Source of the DNA: Candidatus Dadabacteria bacterium UBA2774 | Lineage (GTDB): Bacteria > Desulfobacterota_D > UBA1144 > Nemesobacterales > UBA2774 | Assembly: GCA_002352485.1 (NCBI GenBank) | Contig: DEIM01000078.1 | Coordinates: 1-38,084, forward strand | Direction: 5' to 3' | Length of the DNA: 38,084 bases | Part shown: piece after piece, positions 27,462-33,043 of the stretch | How positions within the stretch are numbered: the first letter of the stretch is position 1 | Layout of the letters: every line of letters begins with the position of its first letter | The notes under the pieces: generated by a model | The model's database searches: none | What the model was told of the DNA's origin: nothing | The model's input: the letters and a program-made list of their open reading frames with translations, nothing else | Translations under genes and position numbers: made by a program

Positions 27462-28586
27462 TTAAGGTTTGTAAACAGATATAAGATCGTGCGTCTTATC
27501 CACTAGATTATCTATGTCGATCTGCTCCTCTAGCTCTTTTATGTATCTTCGGTTGGCCCTGGTTCTGGGATTTGAAGACACAATTGAGCAGCAGTCCTTA
27601 TATGATACGATTGAGTCCTCGTAAGTTCCTATTTTCTTGGCAAGATCCACAATCTCCTGTTTATCATAAGATATGAGTGGTTGAAATAGAGGCAAAGTAA
27701 CCGCTGAGCTAACCTCCGCTATATTATCCAGAGTCTGTGAGGCCACCTGCCCCAGACTGTCGCCAGTCACAAGGGCCTTACAGCCGTTTTTAATAGCTAA
27801 GCGCTCAGCTACTTTAACCATAAACCTTCTGAATAAAACAAGCTCGTGCCCCTTTGTGTTTATTTCCCTCAGCATCTCAGTCTCAAAAAGATAGTAAGGG
27901 GCCAAGTATAGTGTGTATTCTTTCTGAAATTTGCCTAAGCGGCTTAATATTTGAGCCATTTTGGTATTTTTTACATATTCGTTCTCTGAGAAAACGTGAA
28001 AATGAAGATAATGCACAGTGCAGCCTCTTTTCATCATTAGGTATGACGCTACCGGTGAGTCGATACCTCCGGATAGAAGCGAGAGTACTTTGCCGCTCAC
28101 ACCGACAGGGAGGCCTTTTAAGCCCTGATATTTCCTAAAATAGATATAAACCTCGTCAGCAATCTCAATAAATACACTGAGCCCCGGATTTTTTAGATCA
28201 ACCTTCAAACCGTACTGAGTAACAACCTGATTACCTATTATTTTAGCCGTCTCGACAGAGTCATATGGAAAAGCTTTATCCGAGCGTTTGACATATATGC
28301 CGAAGCTCGGCAAGGATTGATTTCTCTTACCAACCTCATCTAACGTGACTCTACTGATAGAATCCAGATCCTTATCCACGATAAGGGCCTCCGCAAACCA
28401 AGAAATTCCAAATATATCTTCCAGTTTATCGGGGTTTCCACCATTGAGCACAAACCGTCCTCTAAAGCGCTTAACCCGACCCCCTGTGGCAGCCTCTATA
28501 TTATCTTTTAACCTTATTTCGAATAAATCTCTATTCCTGCCTTTTAGAGACAACTCGCCATAATGAATCAGTGTTACTTTTTTCAT
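27462..28586 (-). CDS. thiI: tRNA 4-thiouridine synthase (THUMP + PP-loop ATPase, no rhodanese domain)
   Basis: 374 aa. N-terminal IHYGELSLKGRNRDLFE, PP-loop LLSGGIDSPVA. Overall length fits the short ThiI form. Confidence 0.85.
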   Translation of the reverse strand: MKKVTLIHYGELSLKGRNRDLFEIRLKDNIEAATGGRVKRFRGRFVLNGGNPDKLEDIFGISWFAEALIVDKDLDSISRVTLDEVGKRNQSLPSFGIYVKRSDKAFPYDSVETAKIIGNQVVTQYGLKVDLKNPGLSVFIEIADEVYIYFRKYQGLKGLPVGVSGKVLSLLSGGIDSPVASYLMMKRGCTVHYLHFHVFSENEYVKNTKMAQILSRLGKFQKEYTLYLAPYYLFETEMLREINTKGHELVLFRRFMVKVAERLAIKNGCKALVTGDSLGQVASQTLDNIAEVSSAVTLPLFQPLISYDKQEIVDLAKKIGTYEDSIVSYKDCCSIVSSNPRTRANRRYIKELEEQIDIDNLVDKTHDLISVYKP

Positions 28587-28717
28587 ATGTTTTACCGAAT
28601 TTTAAATTTTGATATACAGCAGTTTATAAAATGGGTGGTTTCTTCATAAGCGTACAATATGGAACCTAGGATTTCATCAGCACCTATAAACCTGATCTTA
28701 AAAGGATATATCAATAT

Positions 28718-28755
28718 AAAAAAACCCGGAAGAGCTAATTTCTAACTCTTCCGGG
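28718..28755 (-). terminator. Rho-independent terminator (second of two) downstream of the secreted-protein operon
   Basis: Perfect 10-bp stem CCCGGAAGAG (28725-28734) / CTCTTCCGGG (28746-28755) with an 11-nt loop. On the minus strand it is followed by a run of 7 T (plus-strand A7 at 28718-28724). Confidence 0.8.
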
Positions 28756-28795
28756 GTTAATTGTTATCTTAATGTAAAACGAAGAAAGAATAAGA

Positions 28796-28822
28796 GACGG
28801 CAGGACCAGAGGTCCCGCCGTC
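28796..28822 (-). terminator. GC-rich hairpin 21 nt after the stop codon (first of two terminator-like structures)
   Basis: GACGGCAGGACC-AGA-GGTCCCGCCGTC: 11 of 12 positions pair, with a 3-nt loop. The minus-strand downstream sequence is T-rich (TCTTATTCTTTCTTCGTTTT). Confidence 0.6.
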
Positions 28823-28842
28823 AATGGTTATCTAATTTCAAG

Positions 28843-30828
28843 TTATTTCTTTCTTCTTCTCATAGCTCTGATACCGAATACGAATGCTACAGGTACCAGC
28901 GGAATCAGTACGTTGGCGAATGCTGTGCCAAGCTGTACAGGGTTTCCGGCGATTGCGCAGCTACCACTTCCGCCACTAGGCCTATTGGTCGGAGTTGACG
29001 TCGGTCCGAGTGTCGGAGGAGCTGTTGTCGGTCCGAGTGTCGGAGCAGTCGTAGGTCCTACGAAGTTGTCGCTGAGAATAAGCGCTTCGTCGATTCCGAG
29101 TCTTACAAAACAAACTGGGAGCTCGCCGCAACTCGTGAACTTCTCTACGTCGTTCCAAATACCGACTACCGCATTGATGTAAGCTGCCTGCGGTGTGTAG
29201 CTAGGCAGATATTCATCATAGAAGTTGATGTGAACTACATCAGCTCCAGCGGAACCATTCTGAGCGTCAAACTGTCCGGCGAATACGTTCGGGACGATTA
29301 CGTCTAGGAACGCATTATCTGATCCGTCAAGGATGCCGTCACAGAAGAGTGTTTCTTCTACAGTGTCGAGCACTCTGAAGTTATCTACAAAAGCTCCGGT
29401 GTTGTTGTTTACGACAGTATTATCGGTACACGCAACGTCTCCCATTTGACCTGTGATGAACTGAACGGCATAAGTACCAGGATTGTTGATAGAAAGCTGC
29501 TCGTTTTGGAAGAAACCGGAACGGCCTCCATCAAACATGAAGTTTCCACCACCGCCAACTACGCTGTATGTGTCGCCGTCATTAGTCGCCAGCGTACATT
29601 GGCCACCAGACGGTGCATTACCTTGACCAACCGAGTTATAACACCTGCAGGCCTCGAAGTTAGCAACACCAGTCGTGTCATCAATCACACAAACCACTGC
29701 ATAGTTTTCGCAAGGCACTATATCTACTTCAGGGCTTAGGAACGACAGATCATAGAAGAGAGTCTTACTCTCATCCGTTACAAATATGTTACTCGTAACA
29801 ACCGTTACGTTGGTCTGAAATTCGCCAGGTACCTGTAAACCAGTGACGAGTTGTGGCCGTGCAAGCTCGGTAAACGGACCGCCGCCGTAAATACCTGACG
29901 TATCGACAACCGATGAAACGGCGAAGCCCATGAACAGGTTAGAGTTGGGGTTGGCAGCGTCAGGTCCTGAAGCAGCCGGTATCGGCACAGTTCCATCAGA
30001 GATACTAGCCGAGTTTACTCCACTTGCATTACCTTGGTTGGTTAGCCATGGTGAGAAGTTAAGTCCATTCTGGAAGCTACCGTTTAGTACAAGGTTAACA
30101 GTCGTTGTTGTTGTTATATCAAAGCAAACACCCTCTCTGTGATAGGTAGCAAAACCATACATGTAATCTGAGGAAGCAACACTCTTAACAAAAGTGTTAC
30201 CAGCTAGATAGTCATGTTCTACCGCCTGTCCAGGAGTCGGGCAGTTGTCAACAGCCGTTACTGTTACAAAACCCTCTTTACCCTGAAGGTTAGCATCGGC
30301 TTCGTCAACACCTAAGTTTGAAATGATGTCACCGAAGTTGTATACGTGAGTATCAAACTCAGTGTAAAAATCACAGAAGTTTCTGATTTCAACACAGTTC
30401 TCGTCAAATATATGCACGTGAACCCAGGTACCAGCATCTGGTGTTTGGTTACCTATAGCGTTGGTTACCTGAAGGGACGTGTTCCTTCCGTCTTTCTGCG
30501 TCCACCAAGAAACAATCTGTGAACCAGTTTCGTTTGTCGGAGTAGGACTGAAGAAAGAGGTGAAATCTACATGCTGCCAGTCCATACCACCGTGTAGCGG
30601 GCCTCCAATTAGGCTATCTACGCTACCGATGAGCGCGCCCGAGAAGTCCGGGAACGGCAAGGCAGGAGCGGCCTCTACATTTACTTCAAGCCAACCTGTA
30701 GTGTCTGGTACAGCCGGGCAGAACAGGCCATCAGTGCCAACTTGGGCCTGAGCCTGGTTCTGAAAACCAAACCCTAGCAAGACAAGCATTATTACAGCTA
30801 TCAAAGAAAATCTTAACTTGCTTATCAT
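28843..30828 (-). CDS. Secreted/anchored protein of unknown family with a C-terminal sorting-type tail (paralogue of 30901-31977)
   Basis: ATG 30828 (signal peptide MISKLRFSLIAVIMLVLLGFGFQNQAQA) with AGGAGG 8 nt upstream (30837-30842), preferred over ATG 30873. Asn/Thr/Gly/Val-rich with many Cys. No motif of any family I recognise. Confidence 0.75.
   Translation of the reverse strand: MISKLRFSLIAVIMLVLLGFGFQNQAQAQVGTDGLFCPAVPDTTGWLEVNVEAAPALPFPDFSGALIGSVDSLIGGPLHGGMDWQHVDFTSFFSPTPTNETGSQIVSWWTQKDGRNTSLQVTNAIGNQTPDAGTWVHVHIFDENCVEIRNFCDFYTEFDTHVYNFGDIISNLGVDEADANLQGKEGFVTVTAVDNCPTPGQAVEHDYLAGNTFVKSVASSDYMYGFATYHREGVCFDITTTTTVNLVLNGSFQNGLNFSPWLTNQGNASGVNSASISDGTVPIPAASGPDAANPNSNLFMGFAVSSVVDTSGIYGGGPFTELARPQLVTGLQVPGEFQTNVTVVTSNIFVTDESKTLFYDLSFLSPEVDIVPCENYAVVCVIDDTTGVANFEACRCYNSVGQGNAPSGGQCTLATNDGDTYSVVGGGGNFMFDGGRSGFFQNEQLSINNPGTYAVQFITGQMGDVACTDNTVVNNNTGAFVDNFRVLDTVEETLFCDGILDGSDNAFLDVIVPNVFAGQFDAQNGSAGADVVHINFYDEYLPSYTPQAAYINAVVGIWNDVEKFTSCGELPVCFVRLGIDEALILSDNFVGPTTAPTLGPTTAPPTLGPTSTPTNRPSGGSGSCAIAGNPVQLGTAFANVLIPLVPVAFVFGIRAMRRRKK
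28846..28977 (-). other. C-terminal sorting-signal-like tail: SGGSGSC-AIAG, spacer, ~20-aa hydrophobic helix, RAMRRRKK
   Basis: The last 44 codons read SGGSGSCAIAGNPVQLGTAFANVLIPLVPVAFVFGIRAMRRRKK (Cys codon at 28957-28959). The tripartite layout (small-residue/Cys motif, TM helix, basic cluster) is that of exosortase/rhombosortase/myxosortase-type C-terminal signals. Confidence 0.6.
29000..29045 (-). repeat. 27-nt-period tandem repeat encoding a Pro/Thr-rich linker
   Basis: The identical 19-mer GTCGGTCCGAGTGTCGGAG occurs at 29000-29018 and 29027-29045 (plus strand). It encodes TLGPTTAP(P) units within GPTTAPTLGPTTAPPTLGPTSTPTNRP. Confidence 0.8.
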
Positions 30829-30900
30829 TAATTTATCCTCCTTTTTGAATTTTGTTACGCAATTGTAAGTCATTGTTGTTTACCTTTGTCATTTTTTATT

Positions 30901-31977
30901 TTATATCTCTGACGGCTCAAACGTAGGAGGAATATCATCGTCATCCTCCGAAGATAGCCATGAATCCATAGATCCAGTACCGTTTCCGTTGTTAAGGCCT
31001 AAGAAACCAACGAAGAAGACATCTTCCTCAGGATCTTCGAAATCGAACCTGTTGACCGGCAAGAACAACCAACCGGCGTCATTGGATTCGCTGAGCGTGC
31101 TGTCGTTGCATATACGGTTATTCAAAGCAGCCTGTTTACTGTTAGGAATAGAGTTGTCTATACCCCTGTTGAAATTGCCTATCGAGCAATCAAAGAAAGT
31201 CGGGCTGCAAGAAGTACCGTCTTCAAACTCATCGAATATGTGAACCTGCGGGTTAAAACCGTCAAACGGATCACCTGAGTTGCCTCCAAAAGCTATACTT
31301 ATAAATGGAGCCGCAAAAACAGTATCGAAGTCAGTCTCTTCATAGACGATACCAACAACATCTGAGAGGTTATTACCGTCTACGTTATTGAAGTTCAATA
31401 TGAAATCTGTTGTGTCATCGCCAAAGAAGTCTTCTCCCGCAGCGTTAGTCCTGTATTCATAACCGCCAGGACCGTCTAATATGCGGAATAAGCCTATCAT
31501 CGCGAAGTCATCACCTGAAATAAGCGATATCGAAACGAAACCGTAACTGTTAGACAGATCCGGGTTTGGAGCCGACTCACACTCAGCATCTGGTAATTGG
31601 TCGGCTGTACAGTTGCTTACTAAGTTCTCAATATCGTAAACGTGTGTATCGCCCTTAGTGTAAACATCGTCCCAGTTTACCTCTTCGCATGAACCAAAAG
31701 GTTGGTCAACAGTAGTTGAACCAACATTAAAAATCTGTACGTGAACAACTATTGTGCTCGTCGATGTATTGGTCAGCTGAAATAGGGTGTCCCTATCTCT
31801 TGTATCCCAATAGTAGATAAGCCTGTTCACTCCAGTATCTGTCTGGTCAACCAGCGGTAATACGTTTCCGCCGGGGCCGCCAGCAATTGACTGCGTCGGT
31901 AGTACCAGCATTGGTAAAACCAAAAGAAAAGCAAGTACTAATAAGTACTTTATTTTGGACATAATATCCTGTAGCAT
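30901..31977 (-). CDS. Secreted protein of unknown family, shorter paralogue of 28843-30828 without the anchoring tail
   Basis: ATG 31977 with AGGAGG (31987-31992) 9 nt upstream. Alternative ATG 32028 also has AGGAGG 6 nt upstream. Signal peptide ...MSKIKYLLVLAFLLVLPMLVLPTQSIAG. Shares N-terminal (LFQLTNTS...VHVQIFN...C...THVYDIENLVSN) and C-terminal (QVHIFDEF..TSC....C....GID) modules with the downstream gene. Acidic C-terminus SSEDDDDIPPTFEPSEI. Confidence 0.7.
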   Translation of the reverse strand: MLQDIMSKIKYLLVLAFLLVLPMLVLPTQSIAGGPGGNVLPLVDQTDTGVNRLIYYWDTRDRDTLFQLTNTSTSTIVVHVQIFNVGSTTVDQPFGSCEEVNWDDVYTKGDTHVYDIENLVSNCTADQLPDAECESAPNPDLSNSYGFVSISLISGDDFAMIGLFRILDGPGGYEYRTNAAGEDFFGDDTTDFILNFNNVDGNNLSDVVGIVYEETDFDTVFAAPFISIAFGGNSGDPFDGFNPQVHIFDEFEDGTSCSPTFFDCSIGNFNRGIDNSIPNSKQAALNNRICNDSTLSESNDAGWLFLPVNRFDFEDPEEDVFFVGFLGLNNGNGTGSMDSWLSSEDDDDIPPTFEPSEI

Positions 31978-32165
31978 TGAACCTTTCCTCCTTGTTATAG
32001 TATTGTTGATTATGTTTCCTTTATTCATATACATCCTCCTTTTATTTTTCAAATTTCAGTGAATATCCAGGATTTGCAAGCGTTAGGCAAGCTCCATCTC
32101 CTTTAAATTAGCATAAAAACATCCGCAAAAACACAAACTTATAAACAAATTCACAACTGCACAGA

Positions 32166-32194
32166 ATTACAACATAGAATAAAAGCCTTGTCAA
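32166..32194 (-). promoter_or_regulatory. Sigma70-type promoter P1 for the secreted-protein operon (TTGACA - 17 nt - TGTAAT)
   Basis: Minus-strand TTGACA at 32189-32194 and TGTAAT at 32166-32171 with an exact 17-nt spacer. Confidence 0.6.
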
Positions 32195-32269
32195 GTCCTT
32201 TTATCTGGTAATTACACGGAACTTGGGGGCTATGTTGTTTTATGTTCTGCCTCCTTCAAAATTAAAGCA

Positions 32270-32298
32270 ATTACATCATAAATAAAAGCCGATGTCAA
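32270..32298 (-). promoter_or_regulatory. Sigma70-type promoter P2, a duplicated copy of P1 104 bp upstream (TTGACA - 17 nt - TGTAAT)
   Basis: Minus-strand TTGACA at 32293-32298 and TGTAAT at 32270-32275 with a 17-nt spacer. The spacer shares GGCTTTTATT with P1. Confidence 0.55.
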
Positions 32299-32983
32299 GC
32301 GTTTTAAGAATGCAAGTAAAATTCGATCCGAGCACGTATTTATGATGAAAAACTAGCCTGTGATTTCTAATTATAAACATTTTTGAACCTTTTGTACATA
32401 GTTCTAAGTGATATTTACAGGAGGGACATGATATTCGGTATCAAAATCATATTGAATCTTAAGAGACTATCTTACCTTAATATACTACGTCCTGAAGCTG
32501 CCCAACTGTATTTTGATTTCCGTTAGGGGTATTTGATACCCACCTGGGAGTATTGAACATCCTTTTGGTTTTCTCACATCCCGGCACACATCGCTACGCT
32601 TTCGTTTCCCTTTGGGTTCTCTGATTATCCGAAGAGTTGAAGCATACAACAATCCACTAAACTTTAGAGTCCTAATACCGAACAGCGGAGCTCGAAGCGG
32701 AGTGGAGCAAACAACATAGGGCATATAAGTATATATAGACGATATGATATATATTGCATGAAACCGAAGTAGTTCATAATAAATACCCACCTAATATAAA
32801 AATCGGTTAAAATATCTTTCGTACAAAGAGCGAAGGTGTGTATCTTTTTTTGCAAGAGCCTAAGGCGTGTATTTTTGTGATGGTATGAGTAATTGAAACT
32901 CAGGACAAAAATGTTAACCTAGCCAAATTAATTAAGAGACGGCACATAGCCATACATAGCCTGACAATTATGATAAAGATTTG

Positions 32984-33029
32984 GCCTTACATTTATTATG
33001 AAGAATGCCTTACATTTATTATGAAGAAT
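32984..33029 (+). repeat. Perfect 23-bp tandem duplication abutting the SD of the S41 peptidase gene
   Basis: GCCTTACATTTATTATGAAGAAT at 32984-33006 is repeated exactly at 33007-33029. It is followed directly by AAGGAG (33030-33035) and TTG start 33044. Confidence 0.95.
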
Positions 33030-33043
33030 AAGGAGAATATATA

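Noticed and set aside
28846-28977. Calling the C-terminal tail PEP-CTERM, LPXTG, PGF-CTERM, IPTL-CTERM or GlyGly-CTERM.
   Set aside because: No PEP, LPXTG, PGF or IPTLSEW motif is present. The GG in SGGSGS is 15 or more residues from the helix, unlike GlyGly-CTERM. The conserved-looking Cys points to a different, Cys-type class, so the tail is left unclassified.
32428-32526. 32-codon plus-strand ORF (MIFGIKIILNLKRLSYLNILRPEAAQLYFDFR) preceded by AGGAGG.
   Set aside because: The SD-to-ATG spacing is only 3 nt, there is no other support, and the ORF is too short to evaluate.
32485-32790. 101-codon minus-strand ORF (GTG start), and the overlapping 63-codon ORF 32664-32855, as protein-coding genes.
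   Set aside because: There is no SD before the GTG. The two ORFs overlap in different frames, and their composition is odd (Tyr/Ile-rich, then Lys/Arg-rich) with no motif. They are kept only as part of the non-coding-gap finding.
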